Shown here one piece after another: positions 11,262 through 21,863 of a stretch of 64,000 bases of DNA. Below the pieces are notes generated by a model. It did not search any database, was not told the origin of the DNA, and was given only the letters and a program-made list of their open reading frames with translations. The DNA is from Bacteroidota bacterium (GTDB taxonomy: Bacteria > Bacteroidota > Bacteroidia > Cytophagales > Cyclobacteriaceae). Both the position numbers and the translations under genes were made by a program. The DNA lies in the NCBI GenBank assembly GCA_037200305.1, contig JBBCGZ010000003.1, positions 85,657-149,656 of the forward strand, in the 5' to 3' direction. Each line of letters starts with the position of its first letter. The stretch's first letter is position 1.

Positions 11262-12600
11262 TGATTTTCGTTTCAGGGTAGCTTTCCGTGTGATATTAGT
11301 CGGTGTATCCATGTCCCTTATGGTTTACATGGTGAGCCGGCCCAATATGATCTTCGCAGCAGGGCTAACGGCAATCATCATTGTACTTCAATTAGTCGAG
11401 CTCTATCGCTTCAGTTCGCAGACCAACCGAAAGCTGACACGTTTTCTTGAATCCGTAAAATATTCCGATTTCATCTCGGGCTTCAACACCGATAACCGGC
11501 TTGGCCAGAGCTTCCGCGACCTTAACGTTGCTTTCAACGAAGTGCTGGAAGCATTTCGGAAAACGCGTTCGGAAAAAGAAGAACACTGGCAGTACTTGAA
11601 TACTGTGGTGCAACAAGTACGGACCGGTATTTTTTCATATGACACAGATGGAACTGTTCAGTTGATCAATACCAATGCGAAGAAATTTCTCGGCGTTACC
11701 TCCACGATAAAGAACATCTCCGAGCTCCGTGATCGCAATCCAAACTTGTATGAGATCATACTTGCAACGACACCCGGTAAAAGCTCACTTTATAAAGAAG
11801 GCACAGAGCTTCAATTGACCATACAGGCCACCGAGATGCGCATTCGTGCCAGCGCCGTGCGGCTGATCACGATGCAAAACATCCAGACGGAAATGCAGAA
11901 GCAGGAGCTCGAAGCCTGGCAGAACCTGACGCGCGTGCTTCGTCACGAGATCATGAACTCCATTACACCTATCTCGTCGCTTACCTCTACCCTTCGCGAG
12001 ATCCTTGACTATGATCTCGTAAAAAAAGAAAACGGTTACGAGCTGAAGAATGAAGGCGCTGAAGATCTTCGCGAGGGCCTGGATACGATCGAATCGCGAA
12101 GCAAGGGGTTGATCCGATTCATTGACGCTTACCGCGAATACACATCTTTGCCGCAACCAAAGATCAAGACAGTTCGTGTGACAGATCTTATTGACCGTGT
12201 TGGTCAATTCATGAAACAACAGATCAAGAAGACTTCCATAGAGTTCATATACACATGCGAATCTGAATACCTCACGATCCAGGCTGATGAGGAGATGATC
12301 GAACAGGTTCTGATCAATCTTGTCAAGAATGCAATTGAATCGTTGAATCATGCGGCCGTCGGAAAAGTAATCTTAAGAGGTGGCGCCACGGATAACAGTG
12401 TTTACATTGACGTGATGGACAATGGCCCGGGTATCATCAAAGAAGCGCTGGTGAAGATCTTCGTGCCTTTCTTCACAACAAAAAAATCAGGCTCCGGAAT
12501 TGGTTTAAGCTTGTCGAGACAAATTATGCAGATGCACAATGGAACACTGACGGTTGAAAGTGAACCGGACGTGAGAACGGTGTTTAGCCTTAAGTTCTGA
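11252..12600 (+). CDS. Membrane sensor histidine kinase (NtrY/NtrB-like, PAS-HisKA-HATPase)
   Basis: Two TM helices, RVLRHEIMNSITPI, NLVKNA, DNGPG and GSGIGLSLSR. The true start is probably the ATG at 11252, given a missing G in CATG(G)CCTTTAA. Confidence 0.9.
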
Positions 12601-14005
12601 TTATTTTTTGGTCTGCTCCAGCAAAACCTGCATCACAACTGCACCTGTAAGACTTCCGGAGAAACTAAGATCCTTATTACTCCATTTTATTGAAGGAGCT
12701 GTAGACGACAAAGCGGCGCGAACATCATTTGGTGTGATGATTTTTCTTCCTTTCAACTTTGCTATCGTTTTGGTGAGATCAATGGCTGAAGGCGAAAAGA
12801 TGAAGTAAACATTATTCTTCCCCGGTGGATCGGTAAGCGTGATAGCGGGCATGTCGTCGGGGGCGCGGAGCAACGAAAAGCTTATTGGCACCGTGGTGGA
12901 TAATCGCGGAAACAAGGGAAAGAGCTCGTTGGCAGGATCTACACCAAAACAGTAAACATATGCCGGCACAGCGCTGGTCATCTGTATTGTGAAAGTTGTG
13001 CCCGTGGGGTATGGCTTCCAGAATTTGTATTGACCTTCTGCGCCTTCAACCTGCACGCGCATCTCCTCACCATTGATCTGGTTGAAAACAACCTTCGCTT
13101 CGAATGGAATATTGCACGATGCGCTTCCAACCTGGAACAATCCGAAAGCGTAGGGAAAATAATCTCCAAAGTCTTTATAACGGATCCAGGTATAACCTTG
13201 CACGCCCCAATCTTTTCCCCAGGTATTCACCACTTCAAATGATCCGCCAAACTTGGTGTCGTCGTAACCGACAACACAAACGGCATGACCTCCATATTGG
13301 GGATCGGCTTGTGGTTCGCGTGGCTGCCAAAAGTCGGTTGCAAAATGAAACGAAGGTGGACAGATCATTCCAGCGATCACGGCATTGCTTGAGTTAATAG
13401 CATTTTTCACCGACTGAACTTTTACTTTCATTTCGTCGGTGGTGTTGAATAATTTGAAGTAGCCTGATAATTTCTTGCTTCGCGCTAACGAATAGAGATC
13501 GGCGGTGACTTCTATTGGACAGAACTCGCGGAATTCGGAAAAGTATGGACTTCCGTTTTTCACTAAAGACTCAAGAAGGTCGATGATGCTAACGGCCTGA
13601 AGGCAGTCTTGCGTTTTTCTTACGAGGCCATAATTGTATGCGGGCGAGAACGCGATTTCTGTGATCTTCTTTTGATCGGTTTGATTGCACGCGATGGCTT
13701 CGGCAGCGGTGCGTGCATTCCAAACTGAAGCCCATGCGGCACCGGTGAAGTCTGTTTTAGGCTGAACAACAACGCGTGGATAATAAGACTTCAGACTTCG
13801 CGCAGGAGGAAGAGTTGACTGCGCTCCATATTCAACAGGAAGAGCATTGTAGCGATTGTCCTCCAGAATCATTCCCGGCTCAAACTGATTTTGTCCCAAC
13901 GCAGCGTGTGGCGAAGAATAAGATCAGAATGACGCCCGCACTCACTGCAAATGAACGCGAGGGTCCCGCACTGCGTGCGGTATTGCTCGAAGTAAACTCA
14001 CTCAC
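12601..14005 (-). CDS. Exported C1 (papain-like) peptidase-family protein with C-terminal DUF4384-like domain; catalytic Cys apparently absent
   Basis: LPPARSLKSY, FSPAYNY, GGHAVCVVGYDD and EVVNTWGKDWG..GYTWIRY. The hydrophobic leader upstream of 13899 joins through one indel to a GTG at 14005 that overlaps the caspase stop. Confidence 0.8.
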
Positions 14006-15175
14006 CTCGCCTGGAACACAAACTCACTGCCAGGTTCGTTGTCACCGAAGGCACCGAATTTCGGTTCAGGCTTAGCGGTTTCAACAGACAACCAGATCTT
14101 GCTGGCAGTAAGAACACGGTAGGTTCCGCCGTAGCCACGAAGTGCTTCGAGGAACTTCGATGCGAACGGTGAATGTTTACCGGGACGTCCATCGGGAACG
14201 TACTGTTTTCCACCAGAAGTCATGTACATGCGGGTCTTGAACTTCAGCTTCTTGCTAATGTATTCGGCCTGGGGAATGTCGGGTATACATAGCGTCTCCA
14301 TCACCACCGCGTTTAGCGATCGCCTGGTCGAATGTACCACCGAAGCAAACATCCATAGTAAGGAACACGTGCTTTGAAGGATTGTTATCGATGGTTGTGC
14401 GAAGTACTGAGAAGGGAATGTAAGTGTCGTACGTATCATCGTTTAGCTTCGAGTCTCTTGCTACGATGTAACCGTCTTTACCGATGTCATCGAACTGTCC
14501 ATGACCAGCGATGAATATGAATAACTGGTCGTCGGTGTTGTAGTTCTTTTTCGCGTACTCGCGGATCTTGGTTACAATCTCTTGTTTGCTTGCGTTGTAG
14601 AGTGCTTCTACTTTGAAACCATAGTTTTCTCCGAGCTCGGTGGCAATCGCCTTTGCATCCTGAACTGGATTCGTAAGATCGCTCCAGTCTTTGTAGTCAT
14701 TGGTGGCAATGATCAATGCATAATCGGTGCGTGATTCAGCATTCGCGATTGCAACGGAGGGCGTCATGCTTACCATGCGCGACTCTGTTGTTGTTTCTCC
14801 GTTGTCGTTAACTGCAATGATCTTGATCTCATTGGGTCCGGCGGACAGCGTTCCTTTTTGTTCGATGAACTTAGTGAACTTCGAAGCATCGGGGGAAGTA
14901 ACACCGAAGCCGCGTGACTGTTGAGGTTGACCATTGATGAGAACTGTAACGTTCTTCAAATTGATCGTGGAGTTGATACCGACTTTAATAGTGACTTCGG
15001 CACCGGTGATAACCGATGAGGTTTGTTCGGGCGAAAGCCACACCATTACTGGGGGTGATGATTTCGCTTTCGAGGTAATTTCTAAATGAACGGGATTACT
15101 CTTGCCTTTGAGTGTCTGGCCAAACGCCGGCATCAAAGCACAAAGAGCAACAATGATTACGACCAGCCTTTTCAT
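14002..15175 (-). CDS. Caspase-family (C14) protein with signal peptide and Ig-like N-terminal domain, one indel
   Basis: YALIIATNDY, LTNPVQDA, FIFIAGHG (His), MDVCFGG (Cys), then TSGGKQYVPDG..HSPF in ORF 14002..14439. Confidence 0.88.
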
Positions 15176-15198
15176 ATTATTTGGTTTTTTTAGGTGTT

Positions 15199-18100
15199 CT
15201 ATTTGATAATCAATCGCCTCTGGAGTGTAGTCTCACCGAACTTCAACACGCTAATATACACTCCGGCTGCGGGTTTTGTACCGTCTTCTATGTTCCAAAC
15301 TGCCTGATGGTAACCCGCTGGAAGAGTATCGTCTACTAATTTAGAAACTTTTTGGCCCATCGAATTATATATACTCAGGTTAGTTTTCACCTCACCATTC
15401 GAATCGGGTACAGAGAAGGCCAACGTTACACTGCCCGAAGACGGCACAGGTGAAGCCGAGTGGAATACGGCCATATTTGGCAGTGTTTCCTGTTTCAACA
15501 AACGACTCGCTTCCGTAGAAGATCTTAAACTTCCCAGACTGGCTTCGATCGATAGAATACCTGTTTTGTGCCTTCATATCGACGGCACGCTGTTGATTTA
15601 CGTCCCACAACACAAGTTGTAACGCAGAGTTCTCGAAGTTAGAATTGTCCCAGCTTACCTGTATCACATCGCTATCGATATTCGAGGCAAGCTCGAATTC
15701 CCATACGTGTTGTGTGGATGTTGGAACGATATCTTTCGTGTAAGCCGAACCGAAGAGTTTCTTGTTGTAATTCAGTTCGAGGTAGTCCATGAACCTGGGC
15801 AGAGTGAAGTCGTCGAACTTGTCGGCTTGTTCGGTTGCGTCGGGATGCATGCCGAAGCCGGCGAAATTATTCTCCGTATCACCTGATTTTACAATGAGAT
15901 CCACACCCCAGATGTCGGAGTCGATGGTCTGGTTGAAGTTGGGTGGTATCGGTGCAGCGATGCGCGAACTGCTATACACGGGAATCACCAGTTGACTATC
16001 GCCGACGCCACTGACCATCACGAAACCTCCTCCCATTTTCTTGATGCTTGTGCCGTTGTTGAATCCGCCTTCGTATGTTTTATATTTTGTGAATGTTTTG
16101 TCGGAGTTCGCCGTCACCACATCACTCCAGTCAACATCGAAGTTGTATGGATTGCCGATCTGGTTCCAGCCGCTGGCTATGGGTATAGTGACATCTTTAT
16201 CTATGCCAGTCACTACAGTTGTGCCTGCACCTGAGTTAACTGTTGTTTGCTCTGCTGCGATAAACCAGTAGCCTTTACCAAGTTCGATAGTTGAAGTTCC
16301 GGTAAGCTCCGTTACGTTGCTGCCGGCGAAATGGAACAACCTGTATTTACTTTTATCATAGGTAGTACCAAACTCATCGAACACATCAGTCACTTTCGGG
16401 TTCGCCAGGTTGAGTGGCACTGATATAATTCGATAGTTAGTCTTGCCGGTTCCAAACGCGTAAGGTATCGGTAGTCCATCTGTAACATTTAATACAATAG
16501 TCTTCCATTGGGTCTCAGCTTCATTTCCTGCAAGGTCGAGTGCGTGCACTTTATATTCTATGCCTTGCCCTTTGTTGAAAGACGCAGGGATGGCAAAACT
16601 GTAAGCATCGTTCCCCTGGGACTCCAGGTCATCATCACCGTAGTCATCTGTATTGACGGGATAATATTCAACCCAGAGGTAGTCTATGCCAGATTCATTG
16701 TCGGTTGCAGTTACTGAAATAGTAACTCCACCGCTGAGAGTTGTGCTGGTAGGAGTCTTATCACTGATTGACGGCGCCGTTGTATCATCGAAAGCGGTGG
16801 TTGTTACGTTACCCTTGAGTGGTAATGCCTGGCGGTAATTGATGGTAGTTCCCGAACCGTTGAATGCGTAAATGGAGTAATAGTAAGTGGTTGAAGGGGT
16901 GAGACCAGCCGCGTTGAACCCGAGGTCCGTTCCAAAGAAAGCAATGAAGCTGCCGTCGTCAGCGTTGTCGCCTGCAACGAGGGGAACGCCATCGGTTGGA
17001 ACGAAGGTTGGTTTGGAACCAAGATGACGAAATCCAACATACCCGCTGACATTGGTTCCAATACTTGCGCTGAAAGAATAGTGGTAACCAGTAGACGTTT
17101 CCGTTGTGAACACCAGGTTAGTTGGCTGCGCTGTTGGTTCCAGGGAGCCTAATGTTCCTGTACTGCCTTGCGCCGGAGACGTTTGTTTGTAGTTAATAGT
17201 GAGGCCGCCCCCTGAGTAAGCATATATCTTATAATTATAAGTAGTGGCGAATGCCAGGGTCGTCTCATTGAAATTCAACGCAGACCCGATGTAGGCAACG
17301 GTTGCATTGCCAATTGTAGAACCTACCGTATAGGTTACACCATCGGAAGGATCTGTAGTAGGTGTAGTGCCCACGCCAGCTCCGCGTATTGCGATGTATC
17401 CTGTCGGTGCAGGAACTGCCGCGTTGAATGTAACATTGTATCCGCTGGTAGTGAAGGCGCTTGCATTAAAGTTCGAAGGACTACCAGTGGGTTCGGCAGT
17501 AACAGCGCTCGTCGTGAACGTAGTTGTAATCGGGATACTTGTTTTATAGTTGATGTTCCCGCTGACTGACGCATTTCCGTTGTAAGAGAAAACCGAAATG
17601 TTATAAAAAGAACTCGGTGTTAAGCCTGTAACTGTAAAGACCGTGGCACCGGAGGTGATAAGGGCCTTGCCAACACCGTTACCGGGATTATCCTCGCGAT
17701 TATATACGATGTTATCAACGGGTGTAGCCGTTACTCCCGAACCGATGTTGTACAGAACAATATATCCATCATTATAATTACCGCCGAGTGCGTTAAGTGT
17801 AATTGTTGCTGTAGTTGAGCCAGTGTTTGAAATCGAGATTGTACCCGGTGATGAAAACGGCTCTACCGGAACGTACTTACTGAAGAAAAAATCGAAAGCG
17901 GTGTCTGTTCCCGACGACTTGCTATTGGTGAGCCCTGACGGATCGATATCGACCGTTCCCCGGAAAGCACCTGAGTAATAGATGTTGCCTAGCCCGAGAG
18001 CAATTGGACCTGGCTTGAATGATATCGTTACCACCGAGACCGAAGCCGGTAACATAAGCACCGCCCAGGTAGTTATACTTCACAAAGAATGCATCCTGGT

Positions 18101-19302
18101 TTCCAGTGAACGCAAGGTTTGTTGTGGTCGCGGACGGATCGATGTCCATCAGTCCACCGTATGCTCCAACTGCGTATACACTCCCCGCGTCTGCAACAAT
18201 ACTAGTCAGGTAATCATCTTGCGTACTGCCGAAAGTGTTGAGCCACGACAATTGTCCGTGTGCTTATATCATACCTGGACACGAAGTTGTCGAGGTTACC
18301 AAAAGATGACGAAACCTTCGACGTGCTGTTTGCTCCGTACATAACGACGTTGCCGTCAAATCTACCAGCCGTATACAGACCACCCCTTCCGTCGAGTGCA
18401 AGAGAAATTATTACATCGTTGCCTGTGGATTGGATCGTAGCCCAGGACTTCCAGGTGCCAGCGGTGACATCGTATTCTGAGAGAAAGCCATCTGTCAGAT
18501 CAACAGCATCGCCGCTTACCGTACCATCGTTGGGATCTGGATAGAATGTTCCTTCGAAATTTCCGGCAACCCATACTGAGCTGCCATTGGTTACGACAGC
18601 ATATCCTTCGTCGTCGTCCGACGAACCGATATTAATTGCCCATTGATAATCGCCGAGGACGGTATATGATGCGAGAAATACATCTGTTTCGCCTAATGAT
18701 GTCAGCGGGTCGCTTGAGACTGAAGGATCAAAATCAATAACGTCATGGAATGCACCAGTGACATAGATAGAATTTCCGTTAACTGTTATTGCATTGCCAT
18801 AGTCGGTACCCGAGCTTCCAAATGAAGTCACGAACAACAAATTGCCATTCAATACATTGTATTTGGCCACGAAGATATCGTAGTCATCAACAGCGATCTT
18901 AGTCGTTGTTCCAACCGGATCGAAGTCGGCCGTTCCTGCGAAAAATCCTGTTACATAAACTCCACTTGCGTCTGCGGCAATGCCGTATATGCCGTCGCTC
19001 TCGCTGCCACCGAATGTTGTTACCCATTGCAGCTGGCCAGCAGGATTGAACTTCGCGATGAACGCGTCGGTAGTTCCAGCAACTGTTGTGCTTCTTGATG
19101 CTGTACCGCCGCTCGGGTCAAAATCAACAGTACCATCGAACGAACCGGCTATGTAGTAGTTGCCCGAAGGATCTGTGCACGAGGCCTCGATCTGCTCTCC
19201 GGAAGGTCCGCCTGACGCAAATCCCCATTGTTGTGAGGGCACTTGCGCGAATGTTGCGGAAGAGATCGAAGTAATAAATATTAGGATGTAGAGTTTCTTC
19301 AT
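15199..19302 (-). CDS. Large T9SS cargo surface protein (beta-propeller repeats, FN3-like repeats, C-terminal sorting domain), about 1,370 aa, split by indels
   Basis: Signal peptide MKKLYILIFITSISSATFAQ; repeated GxFxGTxDFDP units; Thr-rich FN3-like units ending Y(Y)xIYAYxG..INY; C-terminus SIYNSMGQKV...AGVYISVLK...RRLIIK. Confidence 0.85.
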
Positions 19303-19323
19303 AACGTCTGATGCTTGCATTTA

Positions 19324-20049
19324 CTAGTTGGCTTCGGTTGATACATCTGGAGGATTTGGAAGATCCTTAGACTTTCCTCCGCCACCGCCGGACTTCGTAA
19401 CGAGGAATACAACTACACCTACAACCACTACTGCAGGAATGATATAGACGATTGCTTTTGTTTTTGCTTTAACTGAGAAAGGACTGCTGGTAGCGGTTCT
19501 CGCTCCTGCCGTAGCTTTGATCTGGTAGTCCGAACCTTTGTCAACATCTACAGGAACAGACCACGAGTACTTACGCGGATCGGTGGAAGTACCGATCTGG
19601 TTAACGACCACGCCGCCTTTGATAAGATCAAGCTTTACAGTTTCACCTGGATTAACGCCGGAGTAGTTGATCGTAATTGTTTTACCCTTCTTGACCGACG
19701 AGGGTTTCCCAACTGTGATCTGGGCAGTGACTACATCTGCCTGCAATTCGAAAGTAACGTCGCCGGAATATTCCACCATCTCTGCTTTTGCATTCCAGAT
19801 GATGCGTTTACCGGTACCAGGCACAACGTCGTTGAGATCGCCAGTTACCTGTACGAGTGGCGACGTGTATGTATTGTGAGAACTATAAACTCTAACGTTA
19901 TACTTCTGGTCTGCCGAAGCACCGGAAATGTCGTAGGTGATGATGACTTGTTCGCCACCGTTAACGGCTTCGGCCCTGATGTTTTCGAGGCGTTGGGCGT
20001 AGAGGTGAGAACATAGTAAGAGCAGGACTAGGAGTAGAGGTATTCTCAT
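19324..20049 (-). CDS. Exported protein with two Ig-like (Kre9-like) domains and a C-terminal TM anchor
   Basis: Signal peptide MRIPLLLVLLLLCSHLYAQ, VIITYDI...IIWNAK, YSWSVP...YQIK, then hydrophobic IVYIIPAVVVVGVVVFLV and GGGGG-KSKDLPNPP tail. Confidence 0.75.
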   Translation of the reverse strand: MRIPLLLVLLLLCSHLYAQRLENIRAEAVNGGEQVIITYDISGASADQKYNVRVYSSHNTYTSPLVQVTGDLNDVVPGTGKRIIWNAKAEMVEYSGDVTFELQADVVTAQITVGKPSSVKKGKTITINYSGVNPGETVKLDLIKGGVVVNQIGTSTDPRKYSWSVPVDVDKGSDYQIKATAGARTATSSPFSVKAKTKAIVYIIPAVVVVGVVVFLVTKSGGGGGKSKDLPNPPDVSTEAN

Positions 20050-20095
20050 GCGGGTTTTGGGGAATGAGGAATCTATAAAAGTAGCCGAAAGGCGG

Positions 20096-20593
20096 CTAAG
20101 ATTCAAGGAATTCGTCCCATTCTTCCTGTTTCATTCCACTGATATCGCGGAGAAAAAGGGCATAGGAAGGCTTGTAAGGTTTGCGGTGCAGATCCATACC
20201 TGATTCTTCGAGCGTATAGTCGCCTTTCTTCGCATTACATCGCTTGCAGGCTGTAACCAAATTGGTCCACGAATGAATGCCACCACGTGAGCTTGGCATC
20301 ACGTGATCGAGTGTCAGGTCTTTCTTTGTTCCGCAGTACTGACATTCGAAGTTGTCGCGTTTGAAAACATTCTGGCGCGTAAGATTTACGCCGCGATAAG
20401 GAGCCTGAACATACCTGTTAAGGCGTATGACAGAAGGCATTGGGAAGGAACTGGTCACTGAACGGATCCTGTGACCATTGGCGCTTCGAACGAGTTCACT
20501 CTTGTTGAGGAATACCAGTACAAAGGCACGCTCGACGGAGCATACCATCAGGGGACTAAAGTCCTGATTTAGTACCAGTACACGGTTATTCAT
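20096..20593 (-). CDS. HNH endonuclease (McrA-like standalone)
   Basis: VLVLNQDF, PSVIRL, RDNFECQYCG, LTLDHVMPSSRGG, WTNLVTACKRCNAKKG. Confidence 0.92.
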   Translation of the reverse strand: MNNRVLVLNQDFSPLMVCSVERAFVLVFLNKSELVRSANGHRIRSVTSSFPMPSVIRLNRYVQAPYRGVNLTRQNVFKRDNFECQYCGTKKDLTLDHVMPSSRGGIHSWTNLVTACKRCNAKKGDYTLEESGMDLHRKPYKPSYALFLRDISGMKQEEWDEFLES

Positions 20594-20616
20594 GGCCTTT
20601 AAGATAGAAAAAAAAC

Positions 20617-21384
20617 TTAAGAGAGGATTCGGCGGAAGTGCGCGAAAGAGTGCGTATAAACTTTCTTTTCTGCATCTAATATCCCTTCTTCCAATAAGAG
20701 GTCGACTCTTACTTTACCTGAACAGTGAATGATCTTTTGGTCTTGAAGAAGTATACCGACATGATTTGATTTGAAGAACACAAGGTCGCCAGGAAGACCT
20801 TCTTCCGCAGCTTTGCCTGAGTTCATTTGTTGCTGGACGTCTCTCGGCAATTGATAGCCAGTCAACCTAAACACCATCTGGACAAAACCCGGTGCATCAA
20901 TACCGAATGGACTCTTACCACCGGGAAGGTGTGGTGCATTGAGATACTTGTTGGCCATGAACGTCAGGAACTCGAAGTCTCTTCGTTGGCCTAGACTTTT
21001 TGTTTCTCCGTTGAATGCAAACTGCTCTTCCATTTTGAAAAGTTCTGATGCCGATATCGGCACGATGCTTCCCATAACAATGGTAAGTTGACTTTTCTTA
21101 TACAACATCGTTGAAGCGATGTCGGTAGTGATCTTGAAATTCGCGAGACCTATTTGTTCGTGGTATTCTTTGCTGATCGGATGATGTTGAAGGCGATCGA
21201 TCCAACCTGTTGATTGATCGGAGTTGATGACGATCGACAACCACTTCTGATCTTTCGTTAGCACGGTGACTTCGTAGTGATCACCAAAAAGCAATTGAGT
21301 GACCGGCTCGCTCTTTTGATCGGCTTCTTTCCTGACAGTTACGATTGCCAGCCTGCAAACACCATAATCGATCGGTTGACTCAT
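20617..21384 (-). CDS. SH3 + NlpC/P60 (C40) family protein; catalytic Cys replaced by Ala
   Basis: TQLLFGD SH3 segment; GGKSPFGIDAPG in place of DCSG; PGDLVFF, HVGI and IIH. Confidence 0.88.
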   Translation of the reverse strand: MSQPIDYGVCRLAIVTVRKEADQKSEPVTQLLFGDHYEVTVLTKDQKWLSIVINSDQSTGWIDRLQHHPISKEYHEQIGLANFKITTDIASTMLYKKSQLTIVMGSIVPISASELFKMEEQFAFNGETKSLGQRRDFEFLTFMANKYLNAPHLPGGKSPFGIDAPGFVQMVFRLTGYQLPRDVQQQMNSGKAAEEGLPGDLVFFKSNHVGILLQDQKIIHCSGKVRVDLLLEEGILDAEKKVYTHSFAHFRRILS

Positions 21385-21389
21385 TCGTT

Positions 21390-21854
21390 TTACATCTTGA
21401 TCCTTCCGAGCTCGCGTTTCATGTCGCGGTCTTTAATGCTATCGCGTTTGTCGTGAAGTTTTTTACCACGACCTAAGGCAATCTCCAGCTTGGCGAAGCC
21501 GCGGTCGTTGATAAACAAACGAACGGGTATTAACGTGAGACCTTTCTCTTCCACCCTCGCCTCCAGCTTCCTGATCTCCACCTTCTTTAACAAAAGTTTT
21601 CTGTCGCGTATCGGTACGTGATTATAGTGTGTTCCTTGTTCGTAAGCGGAGATGTTGACGCCTTTCACGAAAGCTTCGCCGTTCGAGAAATAACAATAGC
21701 CGTCCTGGAGAGTGATCTTCCCTTCGCGTATGGATTTGATCTCGGTGCCGCGTAACTGGATACCCGCGATGTATTTATCGAGTAATTCATACTCGAATCC
21801 AGCACGTTTATTCCTGACGTTTACTTCTTTAGCAAACCGTTCCGCCTTAGCCAT
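21390..21854 (-). CDS. smpB: SsrA-binding protein
   Basis: NKRAGFEY, AGIQLRGTEIKSIR, RKLLLKK, GRGKKLHDKR. Confidence 0.97.
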   Translation of the reverse strand: MAKAERFAKEVNVRNKRAGFEYELLDKYIAGIQLRGTEIKSIREGKITLQDGYCYFSNGEAFVKGVNISAYEQGTHYNHVPIRDRKLLLKKVEIRKLEARVEEKGLTLIPVRLFINDRGFAKLEIALGRGKKLHDKRDSIKDRDMKRELGRIKM

Positions 21855-21863
21855 TCTACAAAG

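Noticed and set aside
20096-20593. HNH nuclease as a mobile element or defence system
   Set aside because: Ordinary standalone McrA-like HNH in a housekeeping directon, with no intron, repeats, methylase or partner genes.
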